This document shows, piece after piece, positions 1 to 10,088 of a DNA stretch of 59,060 nt. A program made the translations under genes and the position numbers. Source of the DNA: Candidatus Methylacidiphilaceae bacterium (GTDB taxonomy: Bacteria > Verrucomicrobiota > Verrucomicrobiia > Methylacidiphilales > Methylacidiphilaceae); assembly GCA_028710285.1 (NCBI GenBank), contig JAQTUK010000001.1, positions 1 to 59,060 on the forward strand, in the 5' to 3' direction. Position 1 is the first letter of the stretch, and every line of letters begins with the position of its first letter. The notes beneath the pieces were generated by a model. It searched no databases. It was not told the DNA's origin and saw nothing but the letters and a program-made list of their open reading frames with translations.

Positions 1-138
1 CACCGTCATGGCCGACGGCTCGGAGGAGACGAGAAACACGGTGAGCCGCCTTGCCGCTCCCAACAACTCTCTCGAGGGCAGAATTCCGCACATACCTGCC
101 CGGTGGGTCGATCACGGCCCCGTCCGCAACGGGATGCC

Positions 139-954
139 ATGACAAAGGAAAAAAGAGGATTGTTTGTCGGCGGCCGGCTGTTGCTTTTCGCCGCGTGGGT
201 CGTTCTTCTCGCGGCCGATGCGGCCGCGCAGCGGATCGACCTGTTGCCGTCGCAGGCCAAGGCCATCGGCCGGCGGCTCTGGCAGAATGAGTCGGGCGGG
301 ACGTTGTCCGGGTTGACGGCTTGGAACGCCGGGGAGGATTTTGCCTCGCTCGGGATCGGCCACTTCATCTGGTATCCCACGGGAGTCCATGGCCCCTTCG
401 AGGAGAGCTTTCCCCAACTGCTCCAATTCCTCGAGCGGCGAGGGGTCTCTCTTCCCGGGTGGCTGGCGGAAGCCCGCTCTTGTCCATGGCCCGACCGCCG
501 GGCGTTTCTTGCCGCGGCCGACAGCAGTCGGATGCGCGAGCTCCGCTCCCTCCTGGCGGAAACCGTGGGGGAGCAGACCCAGTTTGCGATCGAACGACTG
601 GACGGCTCTCTGCCGAAGATGTTGACCGCCGTGCCGCCGGGGGAGCGCGCGCGGATCGAACGAAACTTCCGAGCCCTTGAGGCGGCCCCGGCAGGCCTCT
701 TTGCCCTCGTCGATTACGTCAACTTCAAAGGGGACGGCACCTTCCCGACGGAGCGCTACCGGGGAGAGGGCTGGGGACTCCTGGATGTCCTCCAGGCGAT
801 GGAGCCTGGTCCCGCCCTTCCGTCCTTCCGGCGGGCGGCGCGGCTCGTCCTGGAGCGGAGGGTGCAGAACGCGCCTCCCGGGCGACACGAGGAGCGCTGG
901 CTGCGCGGCTGGCTCAACCGTGTCGACGGCTATCGCGAGGGGAACGCGGGCTAA
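139..954 (+). CDS. Secreted conserved hypothetical protein, probable lysozyme-like fold
   Basis: ATG at 139; signal-peptide-like N-terminus (GRLLLFAAWVVLLAADAAA); motifs NESGG..SLGIGHF, ALVDYVNFKG, RWLRGWLNRV. Confidence 0.7.
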   Translation: MTKEKRGLFVGGRLLLFAAWVVLLAADAAAQRIDLLPSQAKAIGRRLWQNESGGTLSGLTAWNAGEDFASLGIGHFIWYPTGVHGPFEESFPQLLQFLERRGVSLPGWLAEARSCPWPDRRAFLAAADSSRMRELRSLLAETVGEQTQFAIERLDGSLPKMLTAVPPGERARIERNFRALEAAPAGLFALVDYVNFKGDGTFPTERYRGEGWGLLDVLQAMEPGPALPSFRRAARLVLERRVQNAPPGRHEERWLRGWLNRVDGYREGNAG

Positions 955-2090
955 TGCAACGGAGCTCCGGCGTAGCCCGTGAGCTCCACATATCCAACTC
1001 CGTGGAGCGGCTTTTCCCAGCGGGTGCCGGAAACCCGGACCGCTCCCTCCCAGTAGGCGATCTCCCCCAGCGCATGGAGGCAGAGCTCCTGGTCGGCCAT
1101 CCGGGGCGCGACTTCTAGAACCAACCCCAACGAGGGGACCCGGATCCGCCAGGCTGCCGGGTAGCGTGCTCCCGTATGGGGGCTCTTCCAGGAGCCGAGA
1201 CGTTCGAGGGTAAATTCCCCGTAGCGGAGCCCCTGCCGGGTCCCGTCCGGTTCGACCCAGCTCCCGCCGGCAGTCGCGTCGATGGAGCCATCCTTCTTCC
1301 GAAGCCCGTAGAGCATCAGCTCTTCTCCGGAATCGAGCTGGAGGGCGAACCAGTCCCAGCCGACCTGATTTTTGCCCAGGGCGCTCGAGCTGAACTCATG
1401 GTCGAACCAGCTCGTCCCGCGAAGGGGAACGGTCTTTTTTCCTAGCTCGAGCTTCCCCTGGGTTTCGAGTCGGGTGAAGGAGTAGTAGTAGGAGGCGGCT
1501 CCCGGCTCGTCGGCCTTCCGGCTCAAGCCTGCCTCTCCGTGGAGCACCGGGCGCTTGCGGGAGTGGAGCGTAAGGTCGAGCTTCTTGTCGTTCTCCGCCG
1601 CCTGCACCCGGAGCGAGCCGTCAGGCTGCTCCTCAATCCGCCAGTCCCCGACCCAGACCTCCATCTTTCCTCCGGAGCTTCCCGCCTCCCCGAGCGCCCC
1701 TCGATCGGCCCTCTCGGTGAAGAAGAACTCTTTGGCTCCCAGTTCGCTAATCGCAAAATGGCCGAAGAAGACATCCCGGATCTTCCATTGGCTCTCCCGC
1801 TCTGGGGCTTCGCGGAAGAGACCGCGGCGGAAGAGGGTGAGCTCGAAGCCGTAAGCCGCTCCGTTCGGGGAGGAGAGATTGCCGGTCAAGTACCACCATT
1901 CGATCTGGAAGTCGGGATGGTTGCCATGGTCCCGGGGAAAGCTCCAGGCCCAGGGGCTCTGCGCGAAAGCCCAGCCGCCCGCCGCGAAGGCCCTTGCCTC
2001 GCCCACGCCCCGGACTGCGGCGAGAAGGAGGAGGGCGCTCCAGATCCGGCTCATCCAGCGGACCGGGTTGCGAGCGAAGAGGGGGAGCAT
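951..2090 (-). CDS. AttH/CrtC-like lipocalin-domain secreted protein
   Basis: FPRDHGNHPDFQIEWWYLTGNL, SYYYSFTRL, WFDHEFSS, GWDWFALQL, YWEGAV, GYVELTGY; ATG at 2090 directly after the permease. Confidence 0.85.
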   Translation of the reverse strand: MLPLFARNPVRWMSRIWSALLLLAAVRGVGEARAFAAGGWAFAQSPWAWSFPRDHGNHPDFQIEWWYLTGNLSSPNGAAYGFELTLFRRGLFREAPERESQWKIRDVFFGHFAISELGAKEFFFTERADRGALGEAGSSGGKMEVWVGDWRIEEQPDGSLRVQAAENDKKLDLTLHSRKRPVLHGEAGLSRKADEPGAASYYYSFTRLETQGKLELGKKTVPLRGTSWFDHEFSSSALGKNQVGWDWFALQLDSGEELMLYGLRKKDGSIDATAGGSWVEPDGTRQGLRYGEFTLERLGSWKSPHTGARYPAAWRIRVPSLGLVLEVAPRMADQELCLHALGEIAYWEGAVRVSGTRWEKPLHGVGYVELTGYAGAPLH

Positions 2091-2101
2091 AGGGCGAAAA
2101 T

Positions 2102-4648
2102 CTATTCCATCCGCATCGCCTCGGCGACCGGAATGCGGGCGCACCGCCGTGCCGGCCAGTAGGCCGAGAGGATGGCGGTCAGGATGACGACGGGAGGAAG
2201 CTCCCAGAGGAGCTTCCAGGGCATCGTCCACCGAACCGTCCACCCGAAGAAGGAGGGATTGATCACATAGGTCAGGACCAGGGAGAGCCCCATGCCGGCG
2301 AGCAGGCCGAGCAGGGAGGAGATCGCACCGAGAAGGGCAGCTTCCCCGACCAGCATCGCCTCGACCCCGGAGCGTCCGACGCCGATCGAGCGCAAGACCC
2401 CGATTTCCCGGCGTCGCACGACGCTCAGGATCACGAAGTTGAGGAAGATCCCGCTGGCGCAGACGATCAGGGTAATCCCTTTGAGCAGCTCGGTGACGGT
2501 GAAGGTCTGGTCGAAGACCCGGAAGACCTCCTTGCGGACCTCCCGGTTCGAGTAGACGACCCAGTCGCCGACCGTCGAGATCTGCCGCTGCAGGCTCTGC
2601 CGTACCTTTTCGGGGTCCGCGCCCGGACGGAGGTAGAGCCCCAGGGTATGGCAGCGGTCCTCATCCCAATAGCGCCGGTAGGCTCCCCAGTCGATGAGGA
2701 AGAGCCCGAACTCGGTCGTGTAGTCGTAGAAGACTCCCGCGACCGTGAAAGGCCGGTCGCCCCGGGGAGTCGGGATCTCGATCGGATCGCCCTCCTGGAC
2801 ATGGAATCGCTTGGCGAAGCTCTCGTTGACGACGATGCGGTCCGATCCCGCCGATTCGGCCAGGACCCGGCTCGCGTCGCCCCGCCGCAGGGAGAGGCCA
2901 CTGTACCGGGCGGCGACCGGAAAGCGGAGTGCCGCGCACTTGACCGTCTCGCCTCGGAAGACGATCCGCTGCTCCCGGTAGCGCTCATAGGCAGCGACCG
3001 AGGGAAGAGAGGCGACCGCCTCCTCGATCGCCGGGGGGAGGGACTGCTGGGTCCCCGCCCGGACGTTGATCGCGGGGGCGACGAAGAGATCGGCCGTCAC
3101 CGTCCGGTGGAGCCAGTCGTCGACTGTCTTCCGGAAGCTGAAGATCATGACGGTGACGCTCACATACATCGCGAGCGCGGCGAGAAGAGCGGCGACGGTG
3201 ATTCCGTTGTGGTGGAGCGAATGGGCAAAATGGGCCATGGCCAGCCGCGGCAGGACCGAGCGGAAGCGGAAGGCACGGGCAATCTCCCGGCAGACCAGGG
3301 GTACAAGCAACGTGAATCCAAGGAGGGCGAAGAGGGCCGAGCCGAAGCTGAGCGCCGGCGGCCCAGTGCGGAGCGCGAACCAGGCAAACCCCGAGGCGAG
3401 CCCCCAGCAGACGACCGCCGCGACTGCCCACCAGGGCCCGGCTCGGCGGCTCTTCTCCGCCAGGGTTCCGAGAGAGAAGGCTTCGACGGGCTCGACTCCC
3501 GAGGCTTCCCTCGCTGGAAACCAGGCCGCCGCCGCCACCGCGGCGAGCCCGGCACCCGCGGCGATCGCGATCGCTCCAGCCGAGACCGAGATTCGCTCGA
3601 TGTGGAGGAGCGCGTAGATCGCGGTCACGCTCTCGGAAATCACCCCCAGGAGGCTTCGCGCCAGGAGGAGGCCGAGCGGCAGGCCCAGAAGGATCCCGAT
3701 GCCTCCCACCACGAGCGCTTCCCCGAGAAAGAGCACCTGGACCCCCGACCGTTGGAGCCCGAGGCTCCGCAAGAGCCCGATCTCCCCTCGGCGGCGGACC
3801 ACCGAGGCCTCCACCGCATTGTAGATCATGTACATCGCCACGAAGAGGGAGACCAGGGAGAGGGCCGTCAGGTTGAGCTCGAAGGCGCCGAGCATCTTTT
3901 CCACCCTCCGGCTCCGCCCCTCCGGAGTCTGCACGATCATCGAAGGAGGCAACCGGCTCCGGAGAGAGGCGGCGACCTGGCTGGGATCGGCTCCTTTCCC
4001 GAGCAGGCAGCTGATCCGCGAAAGTTTTCCGACTCTGCCGAAGCTTTCCTGGGCGCTCGCGATGTCGAGGAGGGCCAGATGCTCATCGGCTCCGACCGCT
4101 TTTCCGTGAAATTCGACCAGGTAGCGCAGCACGAAGTCGGCCGGTCCGGTCTCCGTCCGGACGGTGATCCGGTCTCCGAGGTGCAGTCCCAGCTTGTGGG
4201 CGAGCGTGGCGGTCAGCGCGATCGCCCGGGGATCCCGGAAGAATTCGAGCAGGTCGTTCTCCGAGCTTCCGCCCGCTTCCAGGGTGAAGGCCCGGAAGGG
4301 GACATTGGAAAAGAGGTCGACGCCTTCGAGCTGGAGATATTCCCCGGGGTGGTTGGCGACCAGGCAGACCTGCTCGACCAGCGGCGTGGCCGCCGCGACC
4401 CCCGGGGTGCGCCGGACCGTCCGGAGGATCTCCTCGTCCATCGGCACGCCGTCTCCCGATACCTCCAGGTTCGCCTTGCCCGCGGTGGCGTCGACCGAGG
4501 CCCGGAACGCGGCCAAGGCGCTCTGGTTGAGGACGAGGACCCCGATGAAGAGGGCGACGCCCAGGGCCACCGAGAGGACCATGACGGCCGACATCGCCGG
4601 ATGCCGCGCGATCTGGCGTCCACAGTGGCGAAGAAAAAGGGCGAGCAT
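2102..4648 (-). CDS. ABC transporter permease (FtsX/MacB-like, duplicated domains)
   Basis: 848 aa; two RRxEIGxLRSxG FtsX motifs; two large periplasmic domains. Confidence 0.9.
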   Translation of the reverse strand: MLALFLRHCGRQIARHPAMSAVMVLSVALGVALFIGVLVLNQSALAAFRASVDATAGKANLEVSGDGVPMDEEILRTVRRTPGVAAATPLVEQVCLVANHPGEYLQLEGVDLFSNVPFRAFTLEAGGSSENDLLEFFRDPRAIALTATLAHKLGLHLGDRITVRTETGPADFVLRYLVEFHGKAVGADEHLALLDIASAQESFGRVGKLSRISCLLGKGADPSQVAASLRSRLPPSMIVQTPEGRSRRVEKMLGAFELNLTALSLVSLFVAMYMIYNAVEASVVRRRGEIGLLRSLGLQRSGVQVLFLGEALVVGGIGILLGLPLGLLLARSLLGVISESVTAIYALLHIERISVSAGAIAIAAGAGLAAVAAAAWFPAREASGVEPVEAFSLGTLAEKSRRAGPWWAVAAVVCWGLASGFAWFALRTGPPALSFGSALFALLGFTLLVPLVCREIARAFRFRSVLPRLAMAHFAHSLHHNGITVAALLAALAMYVSVTVMIFSFRKTVDDWLHRTVTADLFVAPAINVRAGTQQSLPPAIEEAVASLPSVAAYERYREQRIVFRGETVKCAALRFPVAARYSGLSLRRGDASRVLAESAGSDRIVVNESFAKRFHVQEGDPIEIPTPRGDRPFTVAGVFYDYTTEFGLFLIDWGAYRRYWDEDRCHTLGLYLRPGADPEKVRQSLQRQISTVGDWVVYSNREVRKEVFRVFDQTFTVTELLKGITLIVCASGIFLNFVILSVVRRREIGVLRSIGVGRSGVEAMLVGEAALLGAISSLLGLLAGMGLSLVLTYVINPSFFGWTVRWTMPWKLLWELPPVVILTAILSAYWPARRCARIPVAEAMRME

Positions 4649-4653
4649 GGAGA

Positions 4654-5358
4654 CTAGGTCTCGGGCAAGGTCGCCGGTTCCTCTCCGAGGATCCGGCCAT
4701 CCCGCATCCGGACGACACGGGAACTGGCCGCCGCGACCTCCTGGCTGTGCGTGGCGAGCACGAGCGTCGCCCCATGCCGCCTCCCGAGATCGCGGAAGAG
4801 GCCGATCACGATCCGGCTCGCCTCCGAATCGAGGTTCCCGGTCGGCTCATCCGCCAGGACCAGTCCCGGCTCAAGCAGCAGGGCCCGCGCGACCGCGACC
4901 CGCTGCATCTCTCCCCCAGACATCTGCTCGGGCCGGTGGCGGCTCCGGTGGCCGAGGCCCACCTCTTCGAGGAGAGCCCGAGCCTTCTGCCGCGCCTCCT
5001 TGGGCGACATTCCGCGGAGGAGACCCGGCAACTCGACATTCTCCTCGGCCGTCAAGGTCGGCAGCAGGTTGAAGAACTGGAAGACGATCCCGATCTTCCG
5101 CAAACGCATCTCAGTCAGCTTCCGCTCCTCGAGCTCCGTCAGCGACTCGCCCAGGACGACGACCCTCCCCTGGCTTGGCCTGTCGATCCCCGCCATCAGA
5201 TGGAGCAGAGAGCTTTTCCCGCAGCCGCTGGGACCGACCAGCGCCACGAATTCGCCTTCCTCGATCTCCAGGCTGACCGAGCGGAGCGCGCAGGTCGCGC
5301 TCTCCCCGGAGCCGTAGGATTTGGAAACCTGATCGAGAAGGGCGACCACTCGTCTCAT
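4654..5358 (-). CDS. ABC transporter ATP-binding protein (LolD/MacB-like)
   Basis: Walker A GPSGCGKS, signature MSGGEMQRVA, Walker B LADEPTGNLD; ATG at 5358. Confidence 0.95.
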   Translation of the reverse strand: MRRVVALLDQVSKSYGSGESATCALRSVSLEIEEGEFVALVGPSGCGKSSLLHLMAGIDRPSQGRVVVLGESLTELEERKLTEMRLRKIGIVFQFFNLLPTLTAEENVELPGLLRGMSPKEARQKARALLEEVGLGHRSRHRPEQMSGGEMQRVAVARALLLEPGLVLADEPTGNLDSEASRIVIGLFRDLGRRHGATLVLATHSQEVAAASSRVVRMRDGRILGEEPATLPET

Positions 5359-5571
5359 CGAATCGCCCCTAGCCGGAGATGCCAATCCAGATCCATGCCA
5401 TGACCAACCCAACCGTACATCGAGAGCAGCAAAGAGCCATCCGGGAAAGAGCCTAGACCAAGACTCCTTTGCGTTGACAGCCGATTTTCCCGTTGGGCCG
5501 AAGAAAGCGCCGTCTCCGGCCGCTGCCCCGGTGTGGCCGGAGGGGACGGAAGAAGATCCACGGGAAAGAGG

Positions 5572-8500
5572 CTAGGGCGGAGGGCTCGACCCAGCAGAGT
5601 CCGCTTCCTCGCTCAAAAGCAGGAGATCGGGATCGCCGCTCACCGCGACATTTTGGGAAGAGACCCGTTCCACGCCGAACGCCTCCAGGTAGCGAGGTCC
5701 GCCCGACTTGGGGCCGGTGCCCGACAGGCCCTCTCCGCCGAAAGGTTGGAACGCCACGGCGGCTCCAATCATCGGTCGGTTCACATAGAGGTTGCCGACG
5801 CGCGCCCGCTCCCGAACCAAGCGAACCCGCCCGGAGAGACGGCTCTCGAGCCCCATGGTGAGTCCAAATCCCATCCGCGCGACCTGGTCGAGAACGAACT
5901 CCCATTCCTCGACGCGAAAGCGGACCACCGGAAGGAGGGGACCGAAAATCTCCCGATCGACCAGGGAGAGGGAAGGAATCTCGATCAGGCGAGGAGCAAA
6001 GTAATAGCCGCCGGGTGCGGCGGTAGGCGAAAGAGCGGCCTTGGCCAAGAGTTTTCCCTCCCGTTCCAGCCGCCAAGCCTGATTCTCAAGCTCGAGCAGG
6101 GCTGTCCGCTCGATCAAGGGCCCAACGTCGGTCGCGGGGTCCCGCGGATCTCCGACCACGAGCTCCTCCACCGCCCCGGCCAGCAGGTCGAGCAGACGCG
6201 GAGCCGCCTCGTCCTGCACCAAGAGAAGGCGAAGAGAAGAGCAGCGCTGACCCGCGCTTCGAAACGCGGAAGCGATGATATCGTCGACGGCCTGCTCCGG
6301 CGCCGCTGTCGGATCGACCAGCATCGCGTTGATCCCTCCGGTCTCGGCGATCAGCGGAGCCAAGGCTCCCTCCCGGATCGCCAGAGCCCGAGCGATCCGT
6401 GAGGCGGTGGCGCCCGAGCCGGTGAAGGCGACTCCGGAGACCCGCGGATCCCGGACGAGCGCCTCACCGACGCGCCCGTCCCCGGGCAGGAGATGGAGGA
6501 TCTCCGGGGGAATGCCCGAGGCCAGAGCAAGCCGAACCGCCTCGGCGGCGACGAGCGGGGTCTGTTCGGCCGGCTTGGCGACGACCGCGTTCCCCGCCGC
6601 CAGGGCTGCCGCGACCTGTCCCAGAAAGATCGAAAGCGGAAAATTCCAGGGACTGATGCAGGCGAAGAGTCCTCGGCCCCGCCACGAGATTTCGTTGCGT
6701 TCTCCGCAGGGTCCGCCCAGCGCCCGCGGCACCCCGAAGAGACGCCTTGCCTCGACTGCGTAGAAGCGGCAGAAGTCGATCGCCTCCTGCAGCTCCCCCT
6801 GGGCGTCCGGAAGGGTCTTTCCCGCCTCCTCCCGCAGAAGGAAGAGCAGCCGGGGGCGTTCCCTCCGGAGCCGCTCGGCAAGCGCCTCCAAGGCCTTCAC
6901 CCGCTCTCCGACCGGCACCCGTTCCCATCGAGACGCTTGCTCCGATCCGATCCGGAGCGCCTCCTCGATCTGCTTCTCCTCGGTCCAGATCACGGTTCCC
7001 AGCCGCCGCGTCGGATCGGCCGGGGAGAGAACCGGCTCTTCCTTCCCTCCCACGGACCTTCCCGCCACCAGCGGGTGGGCCCGTCCCGGGCCGCCGGCAG
7101 CCTCGACTTCGCGCTGAAGCCGCCGAACGTCCGCCGGGTCTCCCCAATCGATCCCTTCGGCCCGCTTCCAGGCGGGCTCGGACAGCTCCAGAGGCTTAGG
7201 AATCCTCGGGTGGGCGGCGGAGCCCAGCCGCGCGATCCGGCTCAGGGAAATCGGCTGGGGACGCTCCTCGCCAGGGCCCAGGAAGCCTGCTTGCCCGACG
7301 CCGTTTTCGAGGAGCCGCCGGGCCAGGTAGCCGAAGAGCTCCGCCCGGGCTCCGAAGGGAATGTAGAGCCGAACCGGGTGACCCGCCTCGCGCAAGACCG
7401 AGGAGAGAGAGTCGGCAATCCCGTAGAGCCGTTGAAACTCCCATCCTCCGCCCCGTTCTTCCGCCAAGCAGAGGATGGCCGCCGCCGTGGCCGGGTTATG
7501 AGTCGCAAACTGCGGAAAGATTCGGCCGGAGCCCTCGAGCAATCGGCTGGCGCACGCCAGGTAGGAGAGCTCGGTGAGGGCTTTCCGCGTAAAAACCGGG
7601 TAGCCGGGAAGGCCCAGGGCCTGCGCGCGCCGGATCTCCGCATCCCAGTAAGCTCCCTTGACCAGACGCACCGCAAATCGTTTCCCTTTTTCCTCGGCGG
7701 CTTCCCACAGCAGGTCGACCGCCGCCGCGGCGCGCTTCTGGTAGGCCTGGATGACGATGCCCAAGCTTGTCTCCCCCTCGAGATCGGGCTCCTCCAGGAG
7801 CCGCAGGAAGAGATGGAGAAGGGGCCAAAAGCGGTCGGACTCCTCCGCATCCAAGACAAGCCGAATGCCAGCGTTCCTTGCCTCCCGGCAGAGTTCCAAG
7901 ACGGTGGCATAGATCTCCTCCGCGATCCGCTTTTCCTGGAGCGGCTCCCACCGGGGATGGAGGGCGGAAAGCTTGAGCGAAAGCTCGGGTGACTCCGCTC
8001 CTCCCGCTCCGGCCTGGCCAAAGAAGGCGATCGCCTGCCGGTAGCGATCCCGAGCCTCTTGCGCCGCCCTTCTCGTCCGCGCGGCCTCTCCCAGCATGTC
8101 CCAGCAGAAACGGTAGCCCTGGCCGCGGAGCGGGGCGATCCTCTCCACTCCTCTGCGGAAGTCTTCCGCGAGGATGAAGCGACCGACGATCGCCTCTACG
8201 ACCCGGCGGACCGACTCCCTGGAGAGCGCCCGCATCCCCCGACGGAGCCAGCCGGGCAGGGGGGTATGGCTCTCCCATCCGGCGACCGCCCGGAGAGCGG
8301 TCAATCCCCAGGAAGCGGCACGACCGATCCCGTCTTGCGCGTCGTCCGCCCCCGAGCGCCACTCCCCTTCGAGCAGCTTCTCCGAGAGCAGGGCTTCCGC
8401 CGTGCCAACGTCCGGAATCCGGGGCAGGGCCTCGGCCAGCTGCAAAAGCAGGCGTCCCTCCTTTTGCGACAGCGGATAGCGGGCCAAGACCCGATCGACC

Positions 8501-8706
8501 CATTGCGGCCGCTCGCTCCCGCGCATCCGCTCGATCAGCCCTTCGGTCCTCCCCTCGATCTCCCGTTCGAGAGTCTCGTTCCGGGAGAGCCGGGCCAGAA
8601 GCTCATCCCGGCAGCGCTCGTCCTCCTCCGCGTGGGTGGTTCTCACCCGCTCCCGCAGCGTTTCCCACCGTTCTCCCGGGGGCTCTTTGCGCTCGATCAT
8701 CCGCAT
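5572..8706 (-). CDS. putA: Bifunctional proline dehydrogenase/glutamate-semialdehyde dehydrogenase
   Basis: DMLGEAA, LDAEE, VRLVKGAYWD, FATHN, YLARRLLENG; ALDH motifs ISPWNFP, AETGG, SAGQRCS, EIFGP; no N-terminal RHH DNA-binding domain; start 8706 or 8700. Confidence 0.95.
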   Translation of the reverse strand: MRMIERKEPPGERWETLRERVRTTHAEEDERCRDELLARLSRNETLEREIEGRTEGLIERMRGSERPQWVDRVLARYPLSQKEGRLLLQLAEALPRIPDVGTAEALLSEKLLEGEWRSGADDAQDGIGRAASWGLTALRAVAGWESHTPLPGWLRRGMRALSRESVRRVVEAIVGRFILAEDFRRGVERIAPLRGQGYRFCWDMLGEAARTRRAAQEARDRYRQAIAFFGQAGAGGAESPELSLKLSALHPRWEPLQEKRIAEEIYATVLELCREARNAGIRLVLDAEESDRFWPLLHLFLRLLEEPDLEGETSLGIVIQAYQKRAAAAVDLLWEAAEEKGKRFAVRLVKGAYWDAEIRRAQALGLPGYPVFTRKALTELSYLACASRLLEGSGRIFPQFATHNPATAAAILCLAEERGGGWEFQRLYGIADSLSSVLREAGHPVRLYIPFGARAELFGYLARRLLENGVGQAGFLGPGEERPQPISLSRIARLGSAAHPRIPKPLELSEPAWKRAEGIDWGDPADVRRLQREVEAAGGPGRAHPLVAGRSVGGKEEPVLSPADPTRRLGTVIWTEEKQIEEALRIGSEQASRWERVPVGERVKALEALAERLRRERPRLLFLLREEAGKTLPDAQGELQEAIDFCRFYAVEARRLFGVPRALGGPCGERNEISWRGRGLFACISPWNFPLSIFLGQVAAALAAGNAVVAKPAEQTPLVAAEAVRLALASGIPPEILHLLPGDGRVGEALVRDPRVSGVAFTGSGATASRIARALAIREGALAPLIAETGGINAMLVDPTAAPEQAVDDIIASAFRSAGQRCSSLRLLLVQDEAAPRLLDLLAGAVEELVVGDPRDPATDVGPLIERTALLELENQAWRLEREGKLLAKAALSPTAAPGGYYFAPRLIEIPSLSLVDREIFGPLLPVVRFRVEEWEFVLDQVARMGFGLTMGLESRLSGRVRLVRERARVGNLYVNRPMIGAAVAFQPFGGEGLSGTGPKSGGPRYLEAFGVERVSSQNVAVSGDPDLLLLSEEADSAGSSPPP

Positions 8707-8919
8707 CCTCGCTTCGGGCCGGAAAGCCCAACCATCCTTGTTTGTATACGGCAAAGCCCTCCTGGGGAAGAAAGAGGGATGAGCAGCGCCCTCCCAAAGG
8801 TTGCGGACCTTTGCCGCCCGCCGCTTCTCCGCCGGAGCGATCCCCACACAGAAAGCTTGTCAACCCGTCGTCTCTCTGGGAGAAGTTGCTGCCCTTAAAC
8901 CCTTTTTTTCGATCACCTT

Positions 8920-9738
8920 ATGCCCGATCCCTCTTCCGAATCCAGCGGAGCCGCTACCCCCGTCGGCCTCCTGCCCCCCCATCCGCCGCTTCTCTCCTAT
9001 TCCCGAGCTGGGATCCGCCGCGAGGTCTACGTGCAAGGTCTCTTCGAGGAAGTCGCTCCCGAATACGAGCGAATGGAAGGATTCATGGCGCTGGGCCGCG
9101 GCTCACGCTACCGAAATCAAGCCCTGCGTCGGGCCGGGCTCCTCCCAGGGGCCACCGTGCTCGACGTAGGCACCGGAACCGGGCTGCTCGCGCGCGAGGC
9201 GCTTGCGCTCGTCGGCCCGCACGGGCGCGTCCTGGGTGTCGACCCGAGCCCCGGCATGCTCAACGAGGTGCGCGAACCACGTCTGCAACTGCTCCGCGGG
9301 AGCGCGGAGGCGCTCCCCGTGCCCGATGCGAGCTGCGAGTTCTTGAGCATGGGCTATGCCCTACGCCATCTCCGGGATGTCCACGCGGCCTTCGCCGAGT
9401 TTTACCGGGTCCTCCGCCCGGGCGGTCGGCTGCTGCTCCTCGAAATCACCCGGCCCACGACTCCCTGGGGCCGCCACCTTCTCCGTGGCTACCTCCGCGT
9501 CGTCGTTCCCATCCTGGGCCGTTTCGCGGGCTGCTCCTCGGCGAGCAAAGAGCTCTGGCGCTACTACCACGAGACCATTGACGCTTGCGTTCCGCCTCCC
9601 GTCATTCTGGAAGCGTTGCGTGCCGCCGGGTTTGTCGAGATGCGGCGCCACGTGGAGCTCCGGTGCTTATCGGAATACACGGCCCGCCGACCCGGAAGAG
9701 ACGAGATCGACTTTCTCGACCCCGCCTTGGTGAGCTAG
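8920..9738 (+). CDS. Class I SAM-dependent methyltransferase, UbiE/MenG-like
   Basis: VLDVGTGTG, GVDPSPGML, GYALRH, RVLRPGG. Confidence 0.85.
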   Translation: MPDPSSESSGAATPVGLLPPHPPLLSYSRAGIRREVYVQGLFEEVAPEYERMEGFMALGRGSRYRNQALRRAGLLPGATVLDVGTGTGLLAREALALVGPHGRVLGVDPSPGMLNEVREPRLQLLRGSAEALPVPDASCEFLSMGYALRHLRDVHAAFAEFYRVLRPGGRLLLLEITRPTTPWGRHLLRGYLRVVVPILGRFAGCSSASKELWRYYHETIDACVPPPVILEALRAAGFVEMRRHVELRCLSEYTARRPGRDEIDFLDPALVS

Positions 9739-9948
9739 CGACCTCGGGGTGGCAAAGCAGCCTGGAGGCTTGCGGGCATTCGCCGCAGCCCATTGCCGCC
9801 TTCCTTCTCGACCGGCCAGTCGAAAAGAACCGCAAGGCCGCCTCCCTGCGCCTGTCGTCCGCCTTGAGAGCACCACGACCTGATTGCCCACCACTTGCCG
9901 AATCTTGCCCAAGCCCGGGCTCGAATTCGCAATCAATCGCATGGTCCG

Positions 9949-9965
9949 TGCGCAGTAAAGGTGCA
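9949..9965 (+). promoter_or_regulatory. Possible NtrC-like enhancer-binding site
   Basis: TGCGCA-GTAAA-GGTGCA resembles TGCACC-N5-GGTGCA, but lies unusually close to the -24 box. Confidence 0.35.
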
Positions 9966-9998
9966 GGACCGCAAATCTCTGACCTTACCCGATCCCCT

Positions 9999-10015
9999 TT
10001 GGCACGCCTCCTGCT
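9999..10015 (+). promoter_or_regulatory. sigma54 promoter of the permease
   Basis: TTGGCACGCCTCCTGCT; GG-N10-GC; about 75 bp before ATG 10089. Confidence 0.8.
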
Positions 10016-10088
10016 TTCCATAAAGGAACCAAGAAGCACGGGACAGAGACAAAGAGTCGACATAGCGCCCACACCGGAAATTTCTAAC

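Noticed and set aside
1-93. Minus-strand frame running off the window edge (MCGILPSRELL...)
   Set aside because: Too short to evaluate; no family evidence
2648-4657. 669-aa + strand ORF (likewise 6493..7992, 32287..33972, 37299..38780 and many others)
   Set aside because: Antisense shadows of well-supported genes, expected from high-GC codon bias; no motifs
9585-10088. Long N-terminal extension of the permease ORF
   Set aside because: Spans the sigma54 promoter and the preceding gene; family-like sequence starts after ATG 10089
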